From Candidatus Spongiisociaceae bacterium (lineage in GTDB: Bacteria > Actinomycetota > Acidimicrobiia > Spongiisociales > Spongiisociaceae): a stretch of 64,000 bases of DNA. Shown one piece after another: positions 1-10,700 of this stretch (the first letter of the stretch is position 1; every line of letters starts with the position of its first letter). The stretch spans positions 1,184,001 to 1,248,000 of the forward strand of contig OZ241841.1 of the NCBI GenBank assembly GCA_965202665.1, given 5' to 3'. Below the pieces are notes generated by a model. The model saw only the letters and a program-made list of their open reading frames with translations, was not told the DNA's origin and ran no database searches. The translations under genes and the position numbers were made by a program.

Positions 1-1815
1 GGCCAACAACTCCGCCAATATCCCCCCCGCCCCCAAAGTGAGGGTGATTCCCAACGGACGCTCCCGGCGCGCCGCAACCAGCAACTCGGCCGCCCCGCCG
101 GTGATTTGCCGTTCCACCAGGGCCCGCCCCCCCTCCCCGGCCAGCCTGTCCAAAGCCCGCCGCAACTGTCCTTCGTCGGCGATGTCCAACTCCACCCCGC
201 CCCGCTCCGTTTTGTGGGCCGCCCCCACCTGCTTGACCACCAGCGGAAACCCCAACCGGGCCGCCGCCTCCGCCGCCCCGGCCGCCCCCCCCGCCGTCAT
301 GCCTTCCGGCACCGACATTCCCGCCTCCCGCAAAATCTGTTTCGCCTCCGGTTCGTCCAAAACCGAAACGGCGGACGGGGCCTCCCCGGCGGGCAGAGGA
401 AGGGGAGGGGGATCCTGCGCGAACCACCCGCCCACCCGGGCGGCCGCCGCCAAACCGAACAGGGCTTCGTCGATGGAGAAGGCGGCCGCCAAGCCTCGTT
501 CCGTCAGATGCTCCCGCACCCGAACGGGCAGGTTTTCGGCCAGGCCGGCCGCCACCGCCGCCGGGGTTCCGGTGGCGGCCGAAGCATCCGCCCAGGCGTT
601 CAAAGTGGGCCACCAGGCCGAATCGTCGTTGTTCTCATCCGGCCAGTCCAAAATGAGCATGCCGGCGTCCGCCGGCCCGTCGAGGACGGCGGTGAAACAG
701 CGGCGGAGGGCCGCCTCGTCCCCCCAGATAAACGTGTGGTAATCGAGCGGGTTGGTTATGGCCACCAAATCGGAGAGGGTGTCTTTGATGCGACGAGCGT
801 GCCCTTCGGCGAACGGCTCAAACGTCACGTCGTAGCGGGCGGCGCTGTCCGCCGCCAAAGCCGCCTCCCCACCGGAGCAGGACAGCGAAACCAGCCTGTT
901 GCCCGGCAACGGCCCCAGCCTTTCCAAAACGGCCAAAGCCGCCATCATCTCCGGCAAAGTGTCCGCCCGAACCGCCCCGAAGCGGTCGAAGAAGCCGTCG
1001 TAGGCGGCGGCGGGACCGGCCAGGGCGGCGGTGTGGGAGGCGGTTATCAACTCGGCGGCGGCGGTGCGCCCCGTTTTCAGGACCGCCACCGGAGTGCGGG
1101 ACTCCCGGCAGGCCAGCAGGGCGCGGGCAAACCGGGGCGGGTCGGCGATGGACTCCAAATGAACGCCCACCGCCGTCACCTCCGGGGCGGCGGCGAAATG
1201 CTCCAGCAAATGTTCGGCGGCGGCCGACGCCTGGTTGCCCAGCGAAGCCACATAGGAAAAATCCACCCCGCGGCGGTTCATGGTCAGGTTGAGGGCGATG
1301 TTGCCCGACTGGGCGATCAGGGCCGGGCCGCGCCGCACCCTCCGGCAACCGTGCACATCCGGCCACAGGGCCGCCCCGGACACGGCGTTTATCAGCCCGT
1401 AACAGTTGGGCCCGATGAGCGGCATGTCATGGCCGTCCGTCAACGCCGCCTGCAAGGCCGCCCCCTCCGCCCCGGCTTCGGCGAACCCGGAAGCGTACAG
1501 CACCGCCCCTCCGCATCCCAGCTCCGCCAACTCCCGCACCGCCCGCACCGTCTGAAAACGGTCCACCGCCACGAAAGCCGCATCCGGGGGGGACGGCAAA
1601 TCGGCCAGGGAGCGGAAAACGGCCCGGCCCGCCATCCGCTCCCGGGTGGGGTTGACCGGCCACGCCTCCCCCTCGTATCCCAAGCGGTCGCACATTTTGA
1701 TGGCCCGCTCCGCCGGGTCGCCCCCGATGAAAACGGCGGAACGGGGAGACAGCAAACGGCCCAGCCCGCCGGCCGCACCCTGCTCCCGGCCGGCTGGGCC
1801 GGTAGGGGCGCTCAC
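1..1815 (-). CDS. Acetate/acyl-CoA ligase (NDP-forming, CoA-binding domain), 3' end runs off the window
   Basis: Not in the ORF track because it is truncated. Hand translation from GTG at 1815 (overlaps the ACAD stop): MSAP...LLSPRSAVFIGG...AWPVNPTR...SLADLPSPPDAAFVAV...GAVLYASGFAEAG...MPLIGPNCYG, typical of the family. Confidence 0.85.
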   Translation of the reverse strand, partial: MSAPTGPAGREQGAAGGLGRLLSPRSAVFIGGDPAERAIKMCDRLGYEGEAWPVNPTRERMAGRAVFRSLADLPSPPDAAFVAVDRFQTVRAVRELAELGCGGAVLYASGFAEAGAEGAALQAALTDGHDMPLIGPNCYGLINAVSGAALWPDVHGCRRVRRGPALIAQSGNIALNLTMNRRGVDFSYVASLGNQASAAAEHLLEHFAAAPEVTAVGVHLESIADPPRFARALLACRESRTPVAVLKTGRTAAAELITASHTAALAGPAAAYDGFFDRFGAVRADTLPEMMAALAVLERLGPLPGNRLVSLSCSGGEAALAADSAARYDVTFEPFAEGHARRIKDTLSDLVAITNPLDYHTFIWGDEAALRRCFTAVLDGPADAGMLILDWPDENNDDSAWWPTLNAWADASAATGTPAAVAAGLAENLPVRVREHLTERGLAAAFSIDEALFGLAAAARVGGWFAQDPPPLPLPAGEAPSAVSVLDEPEAKQILREAGMSVPEGMTAGGAAGAAEAAARLGFPLVVKQVGAAHKTERGGVELDIADEGQLRRALDRLAGEGGRALVERQITGGAAELLVAARRERPLGITLTLGAGGILAELLA

Positions 1816-2972
1816 CCGCCGCGGGGGCGCAACATGGAGCGGGAAATAATGTGGCGCTGGATTTCCGATGTGCCGTCCCAGATGCGATCCACCCGGGTGT
1901 CGCGCCACATTCTTTCCAGCGGCAACTCGTCCATCAGCCCCATTCCGCCGAAAATTTGGATGGCCTCATCGGTCACGAACTGGCACATTTCGGTGGCGAA
2001 CACTTTGGCCATGGCCGCGTCGGCGTCGGTCAAAACCCCCTCCCCGTCCCGCCAGGCGGCGCGCAAAGTGAGAACCTCGGCCGCCTCATAGCGGGTTTGC
2101 ATGTCGGCCAATTTGAAAGAAACCCCCTGGAAACGGCCTATTTTTTGACCGAACTGGGTGCGGGTGGCGGCCCAGTCGGCCGCCAAAGCGATGGCCCGCC
2201 GGGCCCGGCCCAGGCAGATGGCCGCCACCTGCAGGCGGGTGGAACCCAGCCACTCCCCGGCCAGATCAAACCCTTTGTGCTCCTCCCCCAGCACGTTGGC
2301 GGCCGGCACCCGGCAGTCGTCGAACTCCAAAATGAAATTGTGGTAGCCCCGGTTGGACACCGCCCGGTAGCCGGGGCGCACCTCGAAACCGGGGGTTCCC
2401 CGATCCACCAGAAAACAGGTGATCAACTTGCGGGGGCCGCGCGGGCCCGGCTCCTCCCCGGTGGCGGCGAACAGGATCACGTAATCGGACATGTCCACGT
2501 GGCTGATGAAATGCTTCACCCCTTTGATCACGTAGTCGGAGCCGTCCCGCACCGCCCGGCACCGCATCCCCCGCAGGTCGGAGCCGGCGTCCGGTTCGCT
2601 CATCGCCAAACTGTCGTAACGCTCCCCCCGGATGGTGGGGACCAGAAAACGTTCGATCTGCTCCCCCCGGCAGGCCGCCAGGATGTTGGACGGGCGGGCC
2701 ACGATGAAATGAAGGGCGTAGGAGGAGGCCCCCAGTTCGCGTTCCACCAGGGCCATGGTCAGAGGATCCAAGCCGCCGCCGCCGTGTTCGGCGGGCATGT
2801 TGGCCGCGTAAATTCCCGCCTCCAACGCCTTCGCTTTAATCCGTGCGGCTGTTTCCGGGGGGACCCGGTCTTCCCGCTCCACCGTTTCCTCGTGGGGAAA
2901 CAGCTCGTTTTCGGTGAAAGCGCGGGCGGTTTCCACGATCAGGCGCTGCTCGTCGGTCAGGCTGAACTCCAT
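1812..2972 (-). CDS. Acyl-CoA dehydrogenase
   Basis: MEFSLTDEQR start; SLAMSEPDAGSD, G.KHFIS, RTQFGQKIGRFQGV and AIQIFGGMG motifs. Confidence 0.95.
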   Translation of the reverse strand: MEFSLTDEQRLIVETARAFTENELFPHEETVEREDRVPPETAARIKAKALEAGIYAANMPAEHGGGGLDPLTMALVERELGASSYALHFIVARPSNILAACRGEQIERFLVPTIRGERYDSLAMSEPDAGSDLRGMRCRAVRDGSDYVIKGVKHFISHVDMSDYVILFAATGEEPGPRGPRKLITCFLVDRGTPGFEVRPGYRAVSNRGYHNFILEFDDCRVPAANVLGEEHKGFDLAGEWLGSTRLQVAAICLGRARRAIALAADWAATRTQFGQKIGRFQGVSFKLADMQTRYEAAEVLTLRAAWRDGEGVLTDADAAMAKVFATEMCQFVTDEAIQIFGGMGLMDELPLERMWRDTRVDRIWDGTSEIQRHIISRSMLRPRGG

Positions 2973-4537
2973 CAGGACCTCCTGGTTTTCATCACCCGCC
3001 CCAAGAATTCGGGGGGTTCCATTTTGCGGTGCGCCTCCCAGACGGCGGCCAAGGCCCGGGCCGGGGTTTCGGCGATGGGGGCGGCCCGCCCGGCTTTGGT
3101 GTCCACATGCAACAGCATCTGCTCGGTCGCCGCCGCCAACTCGCCGGTTTCCTCGTTGAACATCTGATGGTAAAAATGAAGCCGTTTCTCATCCAAGCCG
3201 ACAATCTGGGTGGTGAAACGCAGCGAATCGCCCCCGTCCACTTCCCGCAGAAAGTTGATGTGGGTTTCCCGGGTGTAGAAGGAACGGCCCGCCGCCCGGT
3301 AGGATTCGTTGTCGCCGATGAACCGGAACAGGGCGTCGGACGCCCATCCGAAAGCTGTCAGATAGGCGGCTTCGGTCATATGGTTGTTGTAATCCACCCA
3401 ATCCGGCTCCACATCGCACCGGTAGAGTTGCAGGGGGGCGGCTATGGGAACGCCGGGCGACCAGACGGCGGCCGCCTCCCCGAAGCGGCGGGCCTCCCGG
3501 CGGGCCAAGATGCGCCCCGCTCCCATGTTGACGGAACGCAAAGCCCGCATCACCGCGATCAGGAAATCGTCCCGGCGCCGTTCCAACTCGGCGATGGAAC
3601 TCCCGCCCGCCTGCTCCTCCGTTCCCTCCACCATTTTTTCGACCAGGGCCGGGGTCAGCGGGGGGGCTTCCAGTTTGGTCCACGGGAGTTGCAGGGCCGG
3701 GCCGAACTGCCGCAGCATATGGCGCATCCCCCCCGCTCCGCCCGCCAGGTGGAAAGTCAAGTTGACGCCCATTCCCGCCCAGCGCAGGCCCGGCCCGTAG
3801 ATGATGGAATCGTCTAACTCGCCGGTGTCGGCTATCCCGTCGTTGACCAGATGCAGGGACTCCCGCCACAGGGCCTCCTGCAACCGGTCGGACAGGTAGC
3901 CTTCTATCTCCCGGCGCACCACCAGCGGATGCATGTCCAAAAAGTCGTAGACGTCCGCCGCCCGGCGGATGCTTTCCGGGGCGGTGCGCTCCCCGCCCAC
4001 GATTTCACACAACGGCAGCAGATAGACCGGGTTGAACGGGTGGCCGATCAGGATCCGTTGCGGATAGGCGCATCCGGCGGCCAAACGGGTGGGGAGCAGG
4101 CCGGAGGAGCTGGAAGCGATTATTTTGCCGGGGTGGGCGGCGGAATCCAGCCGGGCCAGCAACCCGGCTTTTATGTTTTCGTCTTCGGGGGCGGACTCTT
4201 GGATGAAATCGGCCGCCTCCCCCACCGCCTCCGGGCTGTCCAAGAAAGAAATACGGTCGGGGCTGGCGTCCGGATACAATCCCAGCCGCTGCAGGGACGG
4301 CCAGGCGGCGGCCACCGCCTCCCGCAACCGGGTTTCGGCCCCGGGGGCTGGGTCCCAGGCGGCCACTTCCAAGCCCCGGCCCAGGGCCCGGGCCGCCCAA
4401 CCGGCTCCGATCACCCCGCATCCCGCCACCCCGAACACCCGCGGCGGGCGGGCGGAATCCCCGGCTGGGGCTTGCCCGGCATGGGCCGCGTCCGCCGGGC
4501 GGGGGGCGGCGGAGCGGGCGGCGTCCCCTCCGTCCAC
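2972..4537 (-). CDS. L-carnitine 3-dehydrogenase fused to a C-terminal thioesterase (CdhA-CdhB-like fusion)
   Basis: GCGVIGAGWAAR Rossmann motif, QESAPE, GHPFNPVYLLPL, DRLQEALWRE, GPGLRW; C-terminal hot-dog domain WVDYNNHMTEAAY. Confidence 0.88.
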   Translation of the reverse strand: MDGGDAARSAAPRPADAAHAGQAPAGDSARPPRVFGVAGCGVIGAGWAARALGRGLEVAAWDPAPGAETRLREAVAAAWPSLQRLGLYPDASPDRISFLDSPEAVGEAADFIQESAPEDENIKAGLLARLDSAAHPGKIIASSSSGLLPTRLAAGCAYPQRILIGHPFNPVYLLPLCEIVGGERTAPESIRRAADVYDFLDMHPLVVRREIEGYLSDRLQEALWRESLHLVNDGIADTGELDDSIIYGPGLRWAGMGVNLTFHLAGGAGGMRHMLRQFGPALQLPWTKLEAPPLTPALVEKMVEGTEEQAGGSSIAELERRRDDFLIAVMRALRSVNMGAGRILARREARRFGEAAAVWSPGVPIAAPLQLYRCDVEPDWVDYNNHMTEAAYLTAFGWASDALFRFIGDNESYRAAGRSFYTRETHINFLREVDGGDSLRFTTQIVGLDEKRLHFYHQMFNEETGELAAATEQMLLHVDTKAGRAAPIAETPARALAAVWEAHRKMEPPEFLGRVMKTRRS

Positions 4538-4540
4538 TTT

Positions 4541-5470
4541 CTAGTACGCCACCTTGTCCAGGCCTTTCAAAGCCAGCCGCTCCCGGGTTTCGGCGGGGGA
4601 AGCGGGCTCCCGGGACAGCTCCCGCAGGATGCGCACGATCTTCGCCACCTGCTCGGCGTTGGACTCGGCCAGTTTCCCTTTGCGCAGGTACAGGCCGTCC
4701 TCCAAGCCGACCCGCACGTTGCCGCCCAAAGTGGCGCCGGCGGTGACCAGATCGAACTGATGCCGCCCGCCCCCCAGGATGGACCATTCCAGGTCGTGCC
4801 CGAACAGGCGGTTGGCGGCCGTTTTCATCGCCACCACGTTTTCCACATCCGGGCCGATGCCCCCGAAAGTTCCCATCACGAACTGCATGAAAATGGGGGG
4901 TTGTATCAGGCCCCGGTCCAGGAAATAGGCCAAGGTGTAAAGGTGGCCCACATCGTAGGCCTCGAACTCGAACCGGCATCCGGTTTCGGCGGCCAACTCG
5001 GAGAGCATGTATTCGATGTCGCCGAAAGTGTTGACGAACGGCTCCCATTTGGTGCTTTCCAGGAACGGCTCCTCCCAGTCGTATTTCCAGCGGCCCTCGT
5101 AGCGGGGAATCATTTGGAACAGGCCGTAGTTCATGGTGCCCAGGTTGCAGGTGGCCAACTCCGGTTGCAGGACTTTGATAACCCGCAGCCTTTCTTCGAT
5201 GGTCTGGCCGGTGGCCCCGCCGGTGGTGATGGAAACCACCGCGTCGCATCCGTCCCGAATGCCAGCGCAGTATTCCCCGAACAGGCCCGGGTCGGCCACC
5301 GGACGTCCGTCCTCCGGGTCGCGGGCGTGCAAATGAATGACGGCCGCCCCCTCCCGGGCGGCGTCCACCGACTGCCGGACATGCTCCTCGACGGTGATCG
5401 GGATGTCGCTGTTCATAGTGGGGGTGTGCGATCCGCCGGTAACCGCGCAGGTGACGATCACGCCGCTCAT
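4541..5470 (-). CDS. Beta-keto acid cleavage enzyme (Kce/DUF849), probably 3-dehydrocarnitine cleavage (CdhC-like)
   Basis: IVTCAVTG, GAAVIHLHARDP, FEFEAYDVGHL, GGNVRVGLED; adjacent to carnitine dehydrogenase. Confidence 0.9.
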   Translation of the reverse strand: MSGVIVTCAVTGGSHTPTMNSDIPITVEEHVRQSVDAAREGAAVIHLHARDPEDGRPVADPGLFGEYCAGIRDGCDAVVSITTGGATGQTIEERLRVIKVLQPELATCNLGTMNYGLFQMIPRYEGRWKYDWEEPFLESTKWEPFVNTFGDIEYMLSELAAETGCRFEFEAYDVGHLYTLAYFLDRGLIQPPIFMQFVMGTFGGIGPDVENVVAMKTAANRLFGHDLEWSILGGGRHQFDLVTAGATLGGNVRVGLEDGLYLRKGKLAESNAEQVAKIVRILRELSREPASPAETRERLALKGLDKVAY

Positions 5471-5627
5471 AGTCCCCTCCTTATAATTAGGGTCTTGGGG
5501 TCCGTCCCGTTGTTCGCGCCGCGCATTCTAAATACAAAACACCCGCGGCGGGAGCGCGGGGCGGATTTTATGAGTTTGATTCCGGGGGTTTTGATTCCGG
5601 GGTGCGGGGGCGGACTATCTTGGGGAT

Positions 5628-6743
5628 ATGGCTCCGCAGACCGGCCTGCCCCGTCCCGATTACGAGGGGGGTTCGCTCATCAACCTGGTGGCCGAACTGG
5701 AATGGCGGCTGACCGGGGAGGCGGTCGCCCCCCGTTTGCGCGGCCCGTTGGCGGAGGCCGTTCCCGAGGCCCGCGCCTATGTGCTGGTGGTGGCGGACGG
5801 GTTGGGGGCCGGGCAGTTGGACCATCCGGCGGCGGCGCCCCTGCGGGCGGCTTCGGCGGGGACTTTGGACGCCCCGTTTCCGACCACCACCTCCGTCAGT
5901 TTGTCCAGCCTGGCGACCGGACTGCCCCCCGCCCGGCACGGGGTGCTGGGTTACATGATCCTGTTGCCCGGCTATCCGCGGCCAGTCAACGCCCTGAAAT
6001 GGACGGACTCTTCCGGGCGGGCGGTGCATTTTGACACCGGCTCCCTTTTGCCCGCCCCCAATCTGTGGGAGCGGCTGGGGCGGGCGGGGGTGGAATGCTT
6101 CACCGTGCAACCCTCCGAATTCGCCGGGACTCCGCTCAGCCGGGCCCTGTACCGGGGCTGCGAATTTTGGGGGGTGCGCAATGCGGGGGAGGCGTGGTGG
6201 GCGGTGCGGCGGCTGTGTTCCGGCGGCCTGGGTCGGCGGCTGATAGTGGTCTATTTTCACGAAGTGGATGTGGCCGCCCACATGTTCGGGCAACACAGCC
6301 GGGAATACGAGCGGGCGATGCGGGGGGTCTGCTCGTGGTGGGAACGTATGGCGGACGGGTTGCCGGAGGGGGCGGCTTTGCTGGCCACCGCCGACCATGG
6401 GCACATTGACTACCGGATGGAGCGCAGGCATCTGATCAGCAGCCCCCAGGTCAAAGGTCTGCAGGTGTTCGGCGACACCCGCGCCCTCTATGTGAAAGGG
6501 CCCCGGGAATTGATCGCCGCGTTGGGGGAAGGGTTGCCCGCCGTCTGGCATCCGGTGGAAGACCTGATCCCCCTATGGGGGCCGAGCGACGGCCAAGCGC
6601 GGGGGGTCCGCCCGGACGGGGCGTTCCTAGCCGACCCCGGCTGGGTGATAGTCCCCGGCCATATGAACAAAAACCTGATCGGCAACCACGGCGGCCTGCA
6701 CCCCGCCGAACTCCGCGTCCCCCTGCTAACGGCGGGCGGCTGA
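5628..6743 (+). CDS. Alkaline phosphatase / nucleotide pyrophosphatase superfamily protein
   Basis: VVADGLG, FPTTT, ATG..PARHG, D..AH.FG, TADHGH and GNHGG metal-binding motifs. Confidence 0.85.
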   Translation: MAPQTGLPRPDYEGGSLINLVAELEWRLTGEAVAPRLRGPLAEAVPEARAYVLVVADGLGAGQLDHPAAAPLRAASAGTLDAPFPTTTSVSLSSLATGLPPARHGVLGYMILLPGYPRPVNALKWTDSSGRAVHFDTGSLLPAPNLWERLGRAGVECFTVQPSEFAGTPLSRALYRGCEFWGVRNAGEAWWAVRRLCSGGLGRRLIVVYFHEVDVAAHMFGQHSREYERAMRGVCSWWERMADGLPEGAALLATADHGHIDYRMERRHLISSPQVKGLQVFGDTRALYVKGPRELIAALGEGLPAVWHPVEDLIPLWGPSDGQARGVRPDGAFLADPGWVIVPGHMNKNLIGNHGGLHPAELRVPLLTAGG

Positions 6744-6997
6744 ACTTCAGGTCAGAGCAACCCCCGCAAACGCCGCAAACGCCATCGCCGTTTTTCTTCC
6801 GGTGCGTCCGTCTGAGCCGTTTCAGGCTCACTAACCGAAGGAGGCGGCGGCGGAGAGACAGGCTGAACCACCGGCGGAAGCGGGGCGATGGGCAAAGGGG
6901 ACGCCGGCGGAGGCACCGGCGCCGGTGGTGGAGAGATGGGCTGAGCAACCGGCGGAGGCGGCGATGGTGGAGAAACCGGCGGATCGACCGGCGGGGG

Positions 6998-7582
6998 CTA
7001 AGCGGCGGGGATGGTGGATATTCCCACCTGCCAGGGATGGGCGGCTTCCCCGGAGCTCAGCAGGTCGTGAAAGAATCTCCGACTCTCTCGTTCGTGGGCG
7101 GTGAGGTTGGCCGTGTACATCCTCCGGACGGGGCCGGGAGCTTTGGAGATGAGTGGCTTGGGGACGCCCATCTCTTTGCCTAGGAAAAAGGTTCTCCCCC
7201 CGTAGGGCCCGGTCAATTCCTGCTCCACCGCCATCTCCCCGCATTTCTCCATTACCGGGCATCGGGAACACCAACGGATGATCCCCTCCATCTGCTTGTG
7301 CAGGTAACGCTCCCACTCCTCTATCCCCGCTTTTCCGTTGTAAGGGGGAAAGAGATCCGCGTGCGCCTGGAGATTGTCGTGACAAGCGCCGTCCCCTTGC
7401 CAGTCGGGCAGGGGGCCAAAATTGTGGTTGAGGTCGCCCCTGACATCCCGAATGTCAGACCGGAGCGTCCGCAACAGGCCCAGAAAAAGGGCGACCGTCA
7501 CCGAAAGGGTTATCCCCTGGACGGACAGGATTGTGATGAGTCCCGCATCCATTGCGCTTTCCTCCTTGCCAAGTTGGAGCAT
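6998..7582 (-). CDS. Divergent WhiB-like (4-Cys) protein with an N-terminal hydrophobic helix; start may be the ATG at 7552
   Basis: W..DGAC...DLF...WCSRCPVMEKC...GPYGG fits the Wbl C-x(n)-C-x2-C-x5-C plus G.WGG-like pattern; paralog at 25954-26451. Confidence 0.6.
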   Translation of the reverse strand: MLQLGKEESAMDAGLITILSVQGITLSVTVALFLGLLRTLRSDIRDVRGDLNHNFGPLPDWQGDGACHDNLQAHADLFPPYNGKAGIEEWERYLHKQMEGIIRWCSRCPVMEKCGEMAVEQELTGPYGGRTFFLGKEMGVPKPLISKAPGPVRRMYTANLTAHERESRRFFHDLLSSGEAAHPWQVGISTIPAA

Positions 7583-7755
7583 ACCACTACCCCGGACTTA
7601 CCGAGCTCGTTTTGCTTTACTATTCTTATATAACCCAAAAAAGGGCTAAGTTCAACCCCCTTGTTTTGACTACCGCGTAATATAAGGGTTCGGTGAGACA
7701 AAAAATCTGCAAGTCTTCCTCCCCCCTCCCCCGCTTTTGCTAAGCTCACCGCCCG

Positions 7756-10700
7756 ATGGCTTCCTTTCGAGAGGTTCTAACCGAGATACGCCAGTCGGCT
7801 CTTTCGGCGGCGGAGAAGGGCGACCGGTTCGAGCGGCTGATTCTGCAACTGTTCCGGGAGGACCCCCTCTACCGGCAGGAATACCGACGGGTATGGCTGT
7901 GGGACGACTGGCCGGACCGCCCGCACGGCGACCTGGGGATCGATCTGGTGGCGGAACGGGCCGACGGCGACGGCTACGCCGCCATCCAATGCAAATGCTA
8001 CGAGGAGGGGGCTTCCGTCTCCAAAGAGGACGTCCGGGCGTTCCTCGCCGCCTCCGGCAACATAGAGTTCACCGCCCGGTTTTTCATCACCACCGGCGCT
8101 TTGGGCGGCGCGCCCCTCAAGCAACTGGAAACCGCCGACAACCCTTCGGTCTCCATCCTGTACTCCACCGACCTGTCGGAGCGGGATTTTCATTGGGCGA
8201 CTTTGGCGGAACGGGTGGAGGACACTCGCCACACCGGGGCCAAATTCGTTCCCCGCCCCGACCAGACCGAAGCCATCCGCCGCACCCTGGGCCGGCTGTA
8301 CGGCCAATGGCAGGTGCCCAAAGAATGGAAGGGGGCGGAGCAGGGCAACCGGAAGGATGTTTCAGAACTCAACGAAGGCGACGAGCGGGTTTACGACCGG
8401 GGCCAGGTGCTGATGCCGTGCGGCACCGGCAAAACTTTCACCGCCCTCAACATCGCGGAACAAGCCGCGCAATTGGGGGGGGGGGGGAAGGATCGAGCAT
8501 TCCGGGTCCTCTATCTGTTGCCCAGCATTTCGCTTCTCGGGCAGACAATGCGGGAATGGGCGGAGCAGAAAAGCCTCCGTCTGCGCTTCGTGGGGGTCTG
8601 CTCCGATGCCAGCGCCGGGCACTCCACAGACGAAATAGGTGATTTCACCGAACTGGAAATTCCGGTAACGACCGACCCGGAATGTATCGGGGAGGCCCTG
8701 TCCAAGTCCTACCAGGATGTGGATGTTCTGGTCGTTTTCTCCACCTACCACAGCATCCGGCTCATCTCCGACGCCCAGCGTTCGGCGGGGGCTCCGCCGT
8801 TCGACCTGATGTTCTGCGACGAGGCCCACCGCACCACCGGAGCCCAAATAATTTCCAACAAGGCGGGGGACAAACGCGGTACCTCCGTTTTTCTAATGGC
8901 CCACGACAACCGGCACGTGCAGGCTAAAAAGCGGGTGTACATGACGGCCACCCCCAAAATCTGGTCCACCAAATCCGACAACTCTTACCAAAACGCGGAA
9001 GTGTTTTCCATGGACGACGAAAACCAGTTCGGACCGGTTTTCTACCGGATGAAGTTTTCAGAGGCGATCGACAAAAGGTTGCTGTCCGACTACTACCTGG
9101 TAGGGCTAACTATCAATCCGGCCTGGAAAAACCAGGTTTCTCAGCTCGGTTTGGATCCTGACCTGCCCCCCAGCGAACAGGCCAAACTGTACGGGGCGGT
9201 GAAAGGGGTGGCCTTTGACGAAAACGATGTCCCCCATCTGCGCCGTAGCCTGTCGTTCACCAACACCATCAAACGTAGCAAAAAACACCAGCTGTCCATA
9301 GAAGTCGCCTCCGAACGGCTAAAGGAGATAGCACTCGACAAGAATGGAGACGCGATTCCTTTCCGAGTCCGCACTCAACATATCGACGGCAAAACCAAAG
9401 CCAACATCCGCCGCCAGTATTTGGACTGGCTGAAAGAACCGGAAGAAGACGAATGCCGGATTGTAACCAACGCCCGATGCCTGTCCGAAGGGGTGGATGT
9501 GCCCAACCTGGACGCCGCCCTGTTTATGAGCCCCAAACATTCGGCCATCGACATAGTGCAACAGGTAGGCAGGGTAATGCGCAAATCCCCCAACAAAACC
9601 CACGGCTACATTGTGGTCCCCATCCTGCTAGCCGAAGGAGAAACCGCTACAGACGCGTTGCAGAAGTCGGAGGACTACGCAACCATCATCAAAGTGGTAC
9701 GGGCCTTGCGCTCCCACGACGACAACATAGATGAACTAATCAACCAAAAACGCTTCGGCGAGAAACTACGGCTAGTTCCAGTACCCGAACCGTTCGGGGA
9801 ACGAGACAACGAGTTGACCTCTGAAGAAGAAGAGGAGGCTATTCAAGAAGCCATGTTCGCCCCCGATGACCTGATTGAAGCCCTAAACGTGCTGGTGTTC
9901 GAAGACTGCGGCGACCGCCAATACTGGGCCAAGTGGGCCAAAGATGTGGGCGAGCAGACAGTAGAGTTACAAAACAATATTCTCGTCCATTTGAAAACCA
10001 GCGAACATGCCCGAGAACGGTTCGACCAGTTTATGACCGGTATACACGAAACGATGTCCCCCAATATGACCGAGCAGGAAGCGGCGGGAATGCTAGCCCA
10101 ACATCTTGTAACCCAACCCGTGTTTGATGCCTTTTTCGAAAACTACGAGTTTTCCCGTCACAACCCAGTGTCCCAGATAATGAACGATGTAATAGAAGAA
10201 ATTATAGCTCAAGATTTACTTTCAGACTTGCAACATTCTTTGGCACCATTCTACGAATCCGTCCAAAAAAGAATCCGGGGTATAACTGACTCAACCACCC
10301 GCCACGAAGTGCTCAAAGAACTATACGAGACCTTCCTGAAGACGGCTTTCCCAGACCTAACGGATCTATTGGGGGTGGTTTATACTCCTGTGGAAATCGT
10401 GGATTGGCTCCTACATTCCGCCGATGACGCCCTGCGCCAAGAATTCGGCTTCGGTTTGGGAGATAAAGAGGTGGAAATCCTAGACCCGTTCTCCGGCACG
10501 GGAACCTTCCTGACCCGCCTAATAGAAAGCGACCTGATTCCAGACGGGAACTTAGATTACAAATATCAAAACGAACTATCAGCCATAGATATCCTACCCA
10601 CCGCTTATTACCTATCCGCCATAAACATAGAAGAAGCCTACCACGGCCGCAAAATGAAAATAGAGGACAAACCCGAATACAAACCCTTTCCCGGTATCGC

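Noticed and set aside
7640-7690. ACCCCCTTGTT shared between the leader of the intact Type ISP gene and both C-domain leaders, as a dedicated operator
   Set aside because: Only 11 bp and overlapping plausible -35 elements; cannot be told apart from a generic promoter motif here.
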